Origin: Bugula neritina
Taxonomy: Eukaryota > Animalia > Bryozoa
Length of the DNA: 64,000 nucleotides
Direction of reading: 5' to 3'
Assembly: GCA_964035545.1 (NCBI GenBank)
Contig: OZ037769.1
Coordinates: 7,111,929-7,175,928 of the forward strand
Below are positions 40,810 to 53,741 of this stretch, in pieces (the stretch's first letter is position 1; each line of letters opens with the position of its first letter). Under the pieces are notes generated by a model, which did no database searches, was not told the origin of the DNA, and saw only the letters and a list, made by a program, of their open reading frames with translations. The position numbers were made by a program, and so were the translations under genes.

Positions 40810-43800
40810 ATGAAGCAAATAGCAACCTGGATACTCCTATTGGAGTTATCTGCCCTCCTACCTGTAATACACTGCAGCAGTGAGAGCTGCCCTGAGAATG
40901 CAGATGAATGTTCTTTTACCTTAGTCATAACCTCAAAGCTGACGATGATGAATGAAAATGGAAAAAGACTGGTGAAACCAAAGAATGGACAACTTTATGA
41001 TATTGGTGACCTCAACACACCTTTAGACAATGGTAAGGAGTTTATAAAGTTACATTGCTTTCGTTACGTTACGTTACTCTAATAATTTTGTAATTTATAA
41101 TTATATATGCAATATAAATTATATGCAGTATACAGCATATATGCAATGTACATTACATGCAACATATACAATATATGCAATATACTATATCTGTGCAATA
41201 TATAACAATATATGCAATAATGATTATGTAATAGGCTATTTATTATGCAATATATGTAATACACACTATGTAGTAAACAATAGTTTACATAATAAACATT
41301 ACAAAATGTAATATGCACTGATACAGTATGTATAAGTTGTCACATGACGTATAAATTTCTGACTCAATAAGCTATAATACAATATAATACAATATAATAT
41401 AATATAATATAATATAATATAATGTAATATAATATAACATAACATGATATAATATAATATAATACATAACAATACAATATAATATAATATAATGTAATAT
41501 AATATAACATAACATGATATAATATAATATAATACATAACAATACAATACAATATAATATAATATAATACAGAGCTTAATTTATTGCAAATCATCAGAAT
41601 AAGCTGCATAACAAAAGTTCTTTCTTATCTTTTCTTTGCTGGGTTTTTCCACCAGCTGGTAACTTCAGTATTCTGTTTTTTAAGCCAAATAATTGGTTTT
41701 TTCAAACATCAAATTTAGTTCAAGTTTTTGACAAATACTTTTAATTTAGTTCAAGCTAAACTGCAGTATAAAACTTATGTAACATTGTTACAACACAACT
41801 TATTTAATACATATACCATATAGTATAATTATTATTATGTAATACTTTGTTGAACAACATTCACCCATTTTTCTCATCAATACTATTAAAAGATCGAAGA
41901 GTATTTATCAAAGTTTTAATATGAAAGCATTTGATGTGGCAGGTGAGTATATGCATGGCAGCTGTTGTCACATGACTGAAATCACATGATTGTTGTCACA
42001 TGACTGTATTATCTCAGGACACACAAGTCGATGTAGCAATGCTCATGTGTTTATGTGTTGAGTATGTTTGAGCTTTCGCAGATAAAGTGTACACTCACTA
42101 AACTGAATAAAAGCTACATCAATAGATAGATTGTTCATAAGTTTTGCAAAGCTCATTGATAATTTTAGAGATAATGGAATTAAAAATAGTTGCAGTTTTG
42201 AAAGTTTATCATATTTATTGAGGCTGCATGAGTTTTTATTTTATGACACTATATAACATTAACAATAACAAAATCTAAACTGTTAGAGGTTTACATTCTG
42301 AAGTTTTGAGTATACATGTATACAAATTTTGCAGTTCTAATGATTTTTATGTAATAAAAACTAATACCAGTTCTCCCACCATATTCCCATGCATTCAATT
42401 AAGTAAAGAACAATATTTTCATTTATTTTGTGTATATTTTGAACATATGTGAAAAAAGGCAACTTGAATAAAAGTTCAAAGAATCTGGTTGTTTATTGCC
42501 ATCAATAGATGCTATTTATTTATTAGTAATAATTTTTGAACTGAACTTGATTTTGTATATCGTAATTTATGCTTATTAATTTTTTTTCCTTGTGAGCTTA
42601 AGCAATGAAGAAAGAGAAACTTGAGTCATAGAGTATTGCTTAAATTTCTAAAGTTGGTTCTGTCACACGATGTGCTGCAGTATGTGTGTGCTCACATGTA
42701 TAGCTGTCATCAACCTGATGATCAAGTACTAATAGTTAAATGTGTATTTAACAGTCTCGGATATCGTACAAGCTGATGGTTACTACCAGAATCCAAGGTT
42801 GGTGATAGTTGCCAACAACTCCTTGCCTGGGCCTACTATAAATGCCACCGAAGGTCAAAAGGTGAAGGTCAAAGTCATCAACAACCTTCTATCCGAAGGT
42901 CAAAGCTTTATTTTACTATATATTATATAGTTTCATTGCATGACTATCATAACAGCTTAAGATATGCTTTATATTTATAGCGAGAATTTTGAAAAAGTGA
43001 AAAATGTTGATGCTTATTTAAAACACAGTATTGTATTGTATTAGTAGCTGCAATGCATAATTTGAAATTGATCATGATAGCTGTTCTTTAGTGGAGTTAT
43101 CTTGTAGATTTCAACCTAACTTGCAACTTTTGTTTAGCCATAAAGCAGTTTATAAAATCTGAATTATAGACATTCATATTATTTTATACTTTTATTTTAA
43201 AAAGTTGAAATGTAATCATTTAAATTTTCTAATACAAGAAATGATTAAGTGCTTTTAGCAAACACAAGTTTTGAAGTTATGCTTGTTATCAGTACAAAAG
43301 TAATTGTAACTGCTTTTGCGGGGATTAAAATTGACTGCAAATTGGGTATAAATAGTAAATATTGCCAAAACGATGCGCTGCTAGTGATTTTTTATCCTTA
43401 ATTTTTTAACTCTCTCTGTAAATAAAGATACATGCCTAGAGAGGAATGTTTTACATAACAGTTAGTTGAGCCACAACTCTATAAACCAAATACATGAAGA
43501 AAAATGAAAGCAAAAATTTTAAGATTTCTGTATTTCTATTCATAATTGTTTTATGCAGCTCTATTATTGATTTCTTTAGTATCTTTGTCATATACAGTAA
43601 ACAACCTAAATAATATAATTAGTTCTAAGAAGATTCAATTAATAATAATTTAATTCTTCTAAAATATGAACATAAACATGTGTTTGTATAATTTGCAACA
43701 ATTTCAGAGCTGTAGGTTGAATGAATGCCTCATAGTAATGGTAAAAACATATTAGAGTGATAATGCTTTCAATAGTTATGACTGTATACACAAAATACTA

Positions 43801-46800
43801 CAGCATATACTACAAAATATATGCATATATATACAGTTATTGTATTTGAATTGTGACGCAATCAACTTCTTTTAATATTTTGCAGGTGTTACTATTCACT
43901 GGCATGGCGTTGTGCAGAAAAATACCAATTTTATGGACGGTGTTTCATTCATTAACCAATGCCCCATTTTACCTGGCTTAAGCTTCACATACGAGTGAGC
44001 ACCTGAATCAAACTCCTTTAGAAAATTTTTTACCAAAGGCTTGCCAGTTGGCAGGACATGTTCATGATTACCATTCATTGCTATTGGAAACTTACTGTAG
44101 GAGTTGACAAAGTACCTGTAGTGTTGATATCCCCCAGTATAAGCTTCCATAGCACAATGAGTAGCACGCAGGTCCTTGTGGGTTGGAAGACTATGGTTGG
44201 ATTCCGAGTTGGGGCTGTAGGTTTTGCAAGCTATTTCTTATAATTGCCATAATTTTATTGCGTAAATAATTTTTCTAGGTTTACAGTAAACACTCCGGGT
44301 ACTAATTTCTATCATGCACATATTGGAGCTCAAAGAACACAGGGATTATTTGGCCCCCTTATAGTTAATAAGAAATCAGACAAGAATCTAGAAAAATACC
44401 GCGAGTACGTAATGGTATTGAATGATTGGAACCATGATTTTGATTCAAACACAGGTAAATGGATTAATATAATATTGTTTTAACAATTTTCAACGGCATA
44501 AAATTATAATGTTGTAAGATGCCTGTAATAGAATTTGTGTATTGTAAGATGTAAAGCATGTTAACCTACATATGTATTCTAGCTGTCTAAACTGTGTTCT
44601 TGTCTTAGCTCATTTGAAATCAAACGGATTCTTTGAACCTGATGGTGCAACATTTTCACCTTTGAAGTCTTATGACAGTTCTAAATACTCTAACTTTAAG
44701 TGGCATGTAAGTTATATATTACTAATACCATGATGTATTTACAAAAGTAAGTATGTAAGTAACTTCTAACCTCTGTAGGTGATATGTAATTTATTATGTT
44801 ACATAAAGTAAAGTATCTACAGAGTTGTGTTATAATATTTTAATTGCAGTTATAATAAATACTCTCTTGAAAACAAGGCGGAGTCATACAGAATCTTACA
44901 AGCACCGTGTATGTTTTACAAATACTGACACTAATATGATGTATGAATATGATACATACTCTTACTTATACTTTATAGTCAGGGCTCATTAATGGCAAGG
45001 GAAGATATCACGATCCATCAACTGGAAAACATAATGAGGCTCCATTATCACGGTTTTCAGTGAAAAAAGGAGAGACAATAAGATTTAGAGTGATATCGGC
45101 TGGTACCATGTTTCCATTAAGGTGCTTTTTATGTGTAATTTCATGCTCACAACGGTCAAACTTACTTCCTTTTCTTTCTAGTTAGTAAAACTACATATAT
45201 TAGCTAACTAGAAACCTTTAACATATTTCCATGGTAACAGAGGTTGTTTACATGTTAGTACGCGATACCCAAGTTCTGCCCACATTACAAAAACCTTTAA
45301 TTTGAAGCACAGAAACTAATAACTACATAATTGCATTATTGTATTGGAAAGTTATTTCAAATTTAAAAACCTTTTGCATTATTTTTAATCTATTTTAAAC
45401 ACAATAAACAAGTGTCATACATAGCACCTCTTTATGTATATATACGATAACATATGTACATCTAGTATGGCAAGCCATGTAGTGCATGTATATTTGCATG
45501 GGTTTTTATGCAGTACTTTTCCCGCCTTTCTCACCTAGATGACTGCAGCCATTTTATAAGCTCCAAACTCAATCAATGAGCGCCATCTGACTTGGCAATT
45601 GACATGACATTGTTTAGGATCCTATAAGCATTTTATGTCAGATTCTATAGCATCTTTCGGAGTCTTTCTCTTCTTTGTTTGCCAGTAATCTTTAGGTTGA
45701 AATTATACCATCACCCTCTTCTCTTCTGCAAACATGCCTTTCTTCATGTGTGTAGATATTTCTTTCACCACAGCCTGCAGACAAAGAATATCTATTTTCC
45801 TGTCCAGCATCATAGCTGCTATCTCTCTACTTCTACCAGTTAGTGTCTCTACATTCAGTAGCATTATTTGTATTTGCTGACTTTTCCACTCTCTTATTTG
45901 TTGCAGCTCAGGACAATCATTGTTCTGCTGCATAACATTGGCGACCTCCTAGCATTGATTAATTGTCTAAGTAGAGCTTACATGATTCTATTGTGGTAAG
46001 GTTTTTATGACCTGGTGTATTTTCTATTGCCAATCTGCTGTGTTTAACCAAGCTTTAGACCAGCTGTCTGTTTGTTGGTTAGCACCCCAACAGGCCAAAT
46101 TAATTTTTATGCAGTACTATATTTGTAACATTTATCAGCAAAGGCAATGGTTTGGTTTTAGAGTCAGCGTAGACCGCCATCTTTTAACGATGATTTCATC
46201 TGACGGATATGGATTTGAAGACGTTACAGTTGAATCTTTCATTCTAAGCCCCGGAGAAAGATTTGACTTTCTACTTACTGCTGATGAGACGGTGGGCAGA
46301 TATTGGATCTTTGCTGAGACCACGGAAGTTAAAAATGTCGCATCACAGACTAGGCCCACTCCAAGACATAGAGCTGAAGCTATCTTAGAGTATGAGGGAG
46401 CTGGACCTATGTCAGCTACCACATATGATGTGAGCAAAATATTTTAATATAAGCAAAATGAATCCTAAGTCATTTGTTTCAAAGTCAGCTAATTCTGTTA
46501 GTCATGGTTTATATTATAATATATTGAATATTGTAGAAAAATATGAACGACCCATTAGATAACAACCCCCATTGTATCTCTAGCAGATGTTACGTTCTCA
46601 ACTGTCCTTTTGACGTCAGTTTTGTTGATAACTCTAACTTGGAGTGTTTCCACCTCACAGACCTCACATCTACAGAAAGACAAACTGTGGAGAAGGAAAA
46701 CGGTTTGATTTTTAGCATGAGTTTCGGCTTTTAAAAACTCTTATAAAAGGCAGTTTGGTGCATGCTAACAGAAACTTTGCTGCAAAAATGAATTCTGAAC

Positions 46801-49800
46801 CCTTAATAAACCTTAGGAGAATAAAGTAAACACTTATACTTCCAGATTAAACCAATAAGTATAAAAATCTCCACTCTGATACAATGCTTGGTGCTTAAGT
46901 TCACCAAATCACTATATAGGTACAAAGGTGTTCTTTCTGAAACTAATTGAATAGCTGAAAAATGATATTGACATAATTTATCTCAATATTACACTTTTAT
47001 GTAACAATAAAGTATAAACAAATAGTGATTGTTAACTTAAAAAGCACCCGTTTTGTTGAAGAAAACTATAAAGGACCTATAATGCTTTATTTGTCATACT
47101 TTATGCAGATTTCATAGAGAAGTTTTACAACTTTGCCTTCTTTGGAGCTGGATCAATTAATGGCCGCCATTGGGAGTACCCACCATTTTCTGCTGCCTCA
47201 CAAAAAGATGAGCTTCAAGATGTTGATACTACTTGCAAGGAGTGTACTAAGGACAAGGTGAGAATACCACAACTCTACATCTGTATAGAGTTGACAAAGG
47301 TGACAATACTTTGATTGAGAAGTGATTAGAAATTATATTTGAAAACACATACCATCCTTTGACTTAATTTGCTAATAAATTTGTTAAAGTTTGTTGAAAA
47401 GTTCCGTAAAATTTAAAGCACCATTTTTGAGAATTCGAAAGTTAAAAATATATTTGCTATCGAATTCATAGCAAGTATATATTTTTGAATATTCTAAAAG
47501 TGCTAGATAGTATGCAGTCTATTAGCTGCAACATAATGATTAATACATGGGCATCTTTGTAATGAAATAGTAATGCTTTTTATTCTCCAGAATTTATGAT
47601 TTGCTTTACACAGGCATTAGTTAATTGTAATGTGCATACCATAAAACTATTTGATGAGTAGTGAAATATCATAGACTGTTAAAGTTATGCTCATTCAACT
47701 TCAACTGGCTTTTCTCAGAGTATGCCTGATAGCAGAAACTATTTTAGGTCGAAATGGCACTGGTAAAAGGGGCACAGGTAAAAATGGCACTGTAGCCATG
47801 ACACAGGTAATAATGGCACAGGTAACAAGGACACAAATGGAAAAGTAGGAAAAGATGGCACACTGTCGTTAAATTTCCCAAACCCACAACCCTTAAACCC
47901 CAAACTCAAACCCCTAATTCTAAACACCCAACCCCAAACTCTAATATTGAAAATGTGCCATTTTACATACTTTGCTATTTGTGTCATTATTACCTGTGCC
48001 ATTTTTACCTGTGCTATTTTTACCGGACACTAGCAGTAACAGTTGTAAGGTGTGAAATATTTTGAGATTTTCACGATATGCTGCAACCTGTTAATTATAT
48101 AAATTACTGAGTAATAAATGCTCTACTGAAAAATAATTGCAACTATACTGGGATTCAAACCGAGTCCTCCAGACTGTAAGCAGGCGCTAGCCATCACAGC
48201 ACCGGAACACTGGGTAATCCCAACACTGTGTCTACAGCTTCTTTAATTTTGACTATAATCGTTAAACAAGACAATCATAGTGAAGACTGTGATCTGTAGG
48301 CCTGTTCTTGCACACACATTGAGACTCTAGAGTCCGACAAGTATTACCAGTTTGTGTTAATCAACGATGGCGATGGCTCGGGCTACGCACATCCTGTTCA
48401 TCTTCATGGACACAACTTCCAAGTAGTCAAACAAGGTAAACATCAATCTAATAATTTAAAGTTTTTTTCAGCACACGTGTAAAAAGCATTTGTGTTTCAA
48501 TTTTTTATATTTATGCATGAATTTTAGTAAGTCTATGTGAAAAATATCAATAAGGTAAATTAGTGAGAGGTGCTTTGATGGTTGTTTAAAGTAAGGCTAA
48601 TTATGTGTATGAATTATGATATTCAGATTTGTCCATGCTTGGGTGTTTTTTGTGAAAAAATGCACAACTAAAACTAGCAATCAGGAGTTGTGATAACGGA
48701 CCCATTCAGACTGCTACAATTTTTTGGTGCACATCAAATGAAGAAGTGGTGGAGCATTTTAAAATGTGCTTGCATGCAGGTATGTATGGACTGGTTTAGA
48801 AGAATTTACTGGTTTAGCTGGCAAAATATTAATGCATGTGCATAACATATCAAATTTAACTACAATTAGTGATAAATAAAACAACTTTATTTATCTTGAA
48901 AACATGCAAGTGTAGAAAAACCTTCAGATATACTAAAACATCTACACAAGGTCAACGTGAGAGTTATAATACTGTAAAGGAATTCAGGCATTCGCACTGT
49001 GGACTGTGGTACATTATTAGTAGTACCCATACTGACGACAGTATATACTCTCAACTATGCGCCCGGACAATCTTATTGGGTAGTTGACTCAACGTGACTT
49101 TGCTTTGCAACTGACAATACGCTAATAGTAGATGCTTCGCAGTTACATAAAGGCGACTCTGCGCCAGCACCACGTTTTGGATCGTGGCACCGACTTAGCT
49201 TAGACTAGTTTAGTAGTTAGCTCTTTTATTCATGTAATTCTTTTGTGATGTAACTTTTTATTTGGATAGATTATTAATATCAATAAATATCAGATTATAC
49301 TCTCAAGTGAATTATCATCTCATAACCTTCTCTAACTCTCTCATGCACAAAGGGTACATGGTCAAGCATTAGTTCTCACAATTATCTACAGTGCAATTTA
49401 TCAGCAGCATAAATTCACAACAATATCCTAGGCACATAGAGTTTATAATATATTTGTATAGGGGTCAAAGACTGCAGCATTAAAAAAACGTCTATTTACT
49501 TTCAATTTTGTTAAATTTCTTTGCTGTAATACAGACAGACTTATTATTAAAGTGCCTTTAAAATTAGAAACCTTGACTATACATCTTGAAAAGAAAAGAG
49601 ATAAATTAAGTTACTTGCTTCAGGTACTAAGAATCTAAATTGCTGCTATAGTTGAAATATTGGACATTGAAAAAATAAATAGCTTCTTTCAGCTTGCAAT
49701 AAACACAGCAGTTCAATAGCAGCATTTAAACACAAACTTAGAACCACCGAAAGAGAGCGGTGAAAAATTTATCCTGTTAAATGTTTAAAATACTATTAGT

Positions 49801-51370
49801 TTGAGTAGGGTGAAAACAGTTATTATAGCCATCAGTTACATAAAGAAAGATTTAAATTGATTATATGGTTACCAAAACTTACCATTATTATTACTCCATG
49901 GTAGTTCTTGCTTCCCATTTTAATATCAGTCTCACATGTACAAGGAGAATTTGAATATTGCACGCAGTTCTAACTGCTTTGAGATACGACTTTCAAGACC
50001 ATAAATAGTCGCTGTGTATGCCATGAGTCAGTAATCTAGCTGATCTGTAATGTTAAGTGTTAACAAGATGACGCAAGCCACTAAGCTGACACTATCTAAA
50101 TCTCTATATTGATATTCAGTTAAATTACTACTTTTTAATAGTTAGCTGCTACTAAACTAAACAATCTACATTCAGAATTGCGTATTTTTGTCAATTTGTA
50201 ATACTTTATGACAAACGGTACATGTTGGAGAATAGTTGATGTACCTATAATAGCTATAATATAAGCGAAACAAAATATTGACTTAACACTTCATTTACTT
50301 ACTGATTAAACACCTGGTGATTATTAGAGATCACTATTGGCATCTTTAAAAATTGATGTCTTGAAATAATTAGTAAATCTGTGGAGTTCATTGCTCCTTA
50401 ACCTTGCTTCTTGCTTAGCTTTATTAATTTATTGCACTTCATTTCTTCCAGGTTTCTCGGACGACATCTACAAATCTCCAGACATAAAATGCTTGGGTGG
50501 TGGTGGTACTATCTGCAATGAAGCTGAATGGAAAGACCCCAACATGTCTGGTAGAAAGTTGAATAATCAGACTTCTGATAAACCCGTACTAAAAGACACG
50601 GTGATGGTGCCATCTGGAGGCTACACGGTCATCAGATTCAAAGCCAATAACCCAGGTTTGGCATATCTCAATTTTAACATTGATATTACATATTTACAGC
50701 AGGTATATAAATTATTTGGCTTTGTCTTGCTTGCCTCTATAACAATTATTCAATTTCATGACTTTTAAATGTTTGGAAGTTAGCAGTTGAAAATTAGTAT
50801 CGGCAGGTTGTATTGTCATTTTCAGATTAATTAACTGGTTCTGGAAATATATTCATACACTAAGTAATGCTGGCTAATAATTCTTCAAAAGAGTTTTAAA
50901 GTTTTTGCTACATTTCAATTTAGTATACCACGGTGGTTCTATTCTTCTATGAATGAAATTTGTTTTTAAAGCAGCCAGGGTTTACAAAATCTGTGTTTTA
51001 GAAGCTGTTGTTGACCACTCTTAGGGTACTGGTTTATGCACTGCCACATTGAGCTGCACAATCTAGCTGGCATGGCAATGATGTTTAATGAAGCTGATAG
51101 AAAGCAGTTGCAAGTTCCTGCATCTTTTCCGGTTTGCCGAAACTTTCCTAGTAAATATGGTGGGTATTTATAGAGCCTCTTATATACATACATGCAGCAA
51201 TATTCTGGTGTGAAATACTCTGTAGGTGCAAGTGCAAGGCTCAAAACAGAGTGTCATACATTGTAGGCAAGAAAACTCAACCCCCTAATCACGCCAGCTC
51301 AAATCTACTTTGCACTGAGTATAGAATGATGTGGATGTTGACAGCATGCATTCTGTACCTGCTACACTAA
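40810..51370 (+). CDS. Multicopper oxidase (laccase-like) copy 2, 13 coding exons, 684 aa
   Basis: Exons 40810-41032, 42755-42898, 43886-43994, 44279-44454, 44609-44706, 44979-45121, 46162-46429, 46537-46702, 47109-47257, 48300-48435, 50452-50655, 51025-51159, 51267-51370. Exon sizes and phases match copy 1; no stop or frameshift seen; [20 protein letters not shown] and [12 protein letters not shown] intact. Confidence 0.95.
47746..48030. mobile_element. Paralogous-site copy in intron 9 of copy 2
   Basis: Same structure and position as 28693-29003. Confidence 0.72.
48973..49436 (+). mobile_element. Solo-LTR-like insertion in intron 10, copy 2 only
   Basis: Absent from copy 1 (~29937). Starts TGTAA, has AATAAA at ~49282 and ends in ACA (49422 or 49436). 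Confidence 0.6.
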
Positions 51371-51718
51371 GATCAGATTATTGGCTGCTCCCACAACACT
51401 TTCCTTTATTGCTGATTTTACCTGCGCCTTTTGTAGCTTTGTTCTGGTTTTCATTATGTTGTTGTAGTTATTGGAAACAGACTAAGTTTTTAGTGGTAGG
51501 AAAAATAATATAATTGAGTAATTATGATTTTGAATAAAATGTGTCAATTTTTTTATTAATTAATTCTATTATTTTAGCTCAGTACAAATAATCAAATAAA
51601 CAAATAAATGATCCCGAAAGTATACTACAGGTAGCACTACTCACCATAGACCAAAGGTTTTGCTATCTTTGCTTGGTAATTCTATGTAAACTCACTTTCT
51701 TCACTGAATTTCCGACAC

Positions 51719-52130
51719 ATGCTAGTTTTCATTTGCATACTGCTTTAAGGTTGGATACCTAAACAATTTTGTTTTATAATGAATTTTGTGTGAGTAATGT
51801 ACTGAAATGATTTGGGATTTCTGATTGCTTGGAAATGAAATTTTTGGTCGGCCTTGACTTTACTGCTACTATAAAACTTATACCAAATATATCTATCTTT
51901 CATTGCATGCTATTGTTAGCTGCTGCACTGCACAGCCTAATCACTGATATGGCTTGAAAGTTCAAAGTATAAGTTTTATAGTAGTGGTAAAGTCAAAGCT
52001 TACCGAAAATTTCATTTCCAAGCGATCAGAAATCCCAAATCATTTCAGTACATACTCACACAAAATTCATTATAAAACAAAATTGTTTAGGCATCCAACC
52101 TTAAAACAGTATGTAAATGAAAACTAACAT
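51719..52130. mobile_element. Paralogous copy of the palindromic MITE-like element
   Basis: Same sequence at the same position relative to oxidase copy 2. Confidence 0.75.
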
Positions 52131-52435
52131 ATATAAGAATATTTTAGTATTGCATAAGTAAAGTGTGTCAGGGATTCTTTCAGGTAATTGATGAGTAGTT
52201 GGCAGTTTATAAACAAGAGATGGTTTTTAAGGTAGTTTTATTAAATGAGCAGAACAAACTACAGCATAATAAAGAGTACCATTACTAACTATATAGACAA
52301 TGAATGATATGGAACAGAATATATGAATAATATTGTAATTATATAATCTCTTGGAATATACATGTACAGATATTTACTATACTGTTCCACTATGCACCCA
52401 TGCGCAGTGATTTGTAAGAACGTGAAAAAAGCTGA

Positions 52436-53741
52436 CTAATAGTTGCTGTAGACAACCTCTTTTTCCAGCCGACTCAGCATATTTCTGCCGTTAGCAGGAC
52501 TGCACGTAGGCAGAGGTGACAGCTCCTTATTAGCTCCAACAAGATCCACAGTTTTTCTAAGACTTTTCTTAAACGAAGAAGTTTTGGTTATGCTCGACTT
52601 GCCAATACCTGGTTGGATGCCGGTGGCTTTGGCGATATATTTAGATGTTTCCAGTATGGCGGGGTGGAGAGGGAGACCCCTCTTTCTCATCATTGGTATT
52701 AGTAACTCAGTCTCTCCATGAAGAACATCAACCAGTATGTACTGCAAGATTAATACATATCATCATATACTATGTACTGTAAATATGATATAGGTACTGT
52801 ATACCATTATATACTATATACTATTATATACTGTGTATTATATACTATATATGTTATATACAACTATATGCTATGTACTATATATTATATACACTGTGTG
52901 CTATAATATATACCATTATATATTTTGCACAATATACTATTATACACTATATATATAATATTATATACTGTGTAATATGTACTATATGCTATAATATACT
53001 ATTATATACTGTGTAATATATACTATTATATACTATAAAGTCTAAATCTATTATCTATATACTCTGTAGGCTGTTGTAGGAAGTACAAATGAACTAAATT
53101 ATTATATAAATGATTCAATGTTTTCCATGTTGTAAGGTTGTTTGGAAGCACAAATGCACTGAATCTCAAAGCATAACTTCTTAGCCTCAGCTTCTGCTGT
53201 TCACTATGTCAGCAGAATATCTCTGCTGTCAATAGACCTGAATGAAAACTATGTGCTGTTATGTAATAACTGTCAGATCAGAGAATACATAGTGTTTTGT
53301 GCTTTTGCAGAGTAGATACTGTACAATAATGTAATATATTTACAGAGAATAATATGCTGGCAATGACTATAGTAGAGTTAACAATTTGAGTAGGCTATGC
53401 ATAGTAAATAACTTGCCAAGTATATGTAATCTGATATAGTGGTGGTAAGCTATAATTTAATTCCCAGAAAGTCAGAATTCTTAAAAAATATGCTATTCTT
53501 GGGACAGTAAATAATTATATAGATGTATGAGGTCTTCTTTCCTTTTCATGCTTAACTCTTACTTCTGTATTTCACAAGTTGTACCTTTAAGATATTCCAC
53601 CAACTTGCTGAAATATGGTTTCCGTTAGTGCTGAGGTTTGCCTGCCTCCTTGAAACTTTCAGTGAGATGACTGCTGTGACAGGTTGACGTAACTATAAAT
53701 TATTATATCTGCTCCGTCACGGTATGTAGACTACACTGTAT
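52436..53741 (-). pseudogene. Second copy of the decayed - strand gene, lacking three internal exons
   Basis: Exon 52741-52436 is open and paralogous to 32969-32664. The block equivalent to ~33350-34150 is absent near 53035. Confidence 0.6.
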
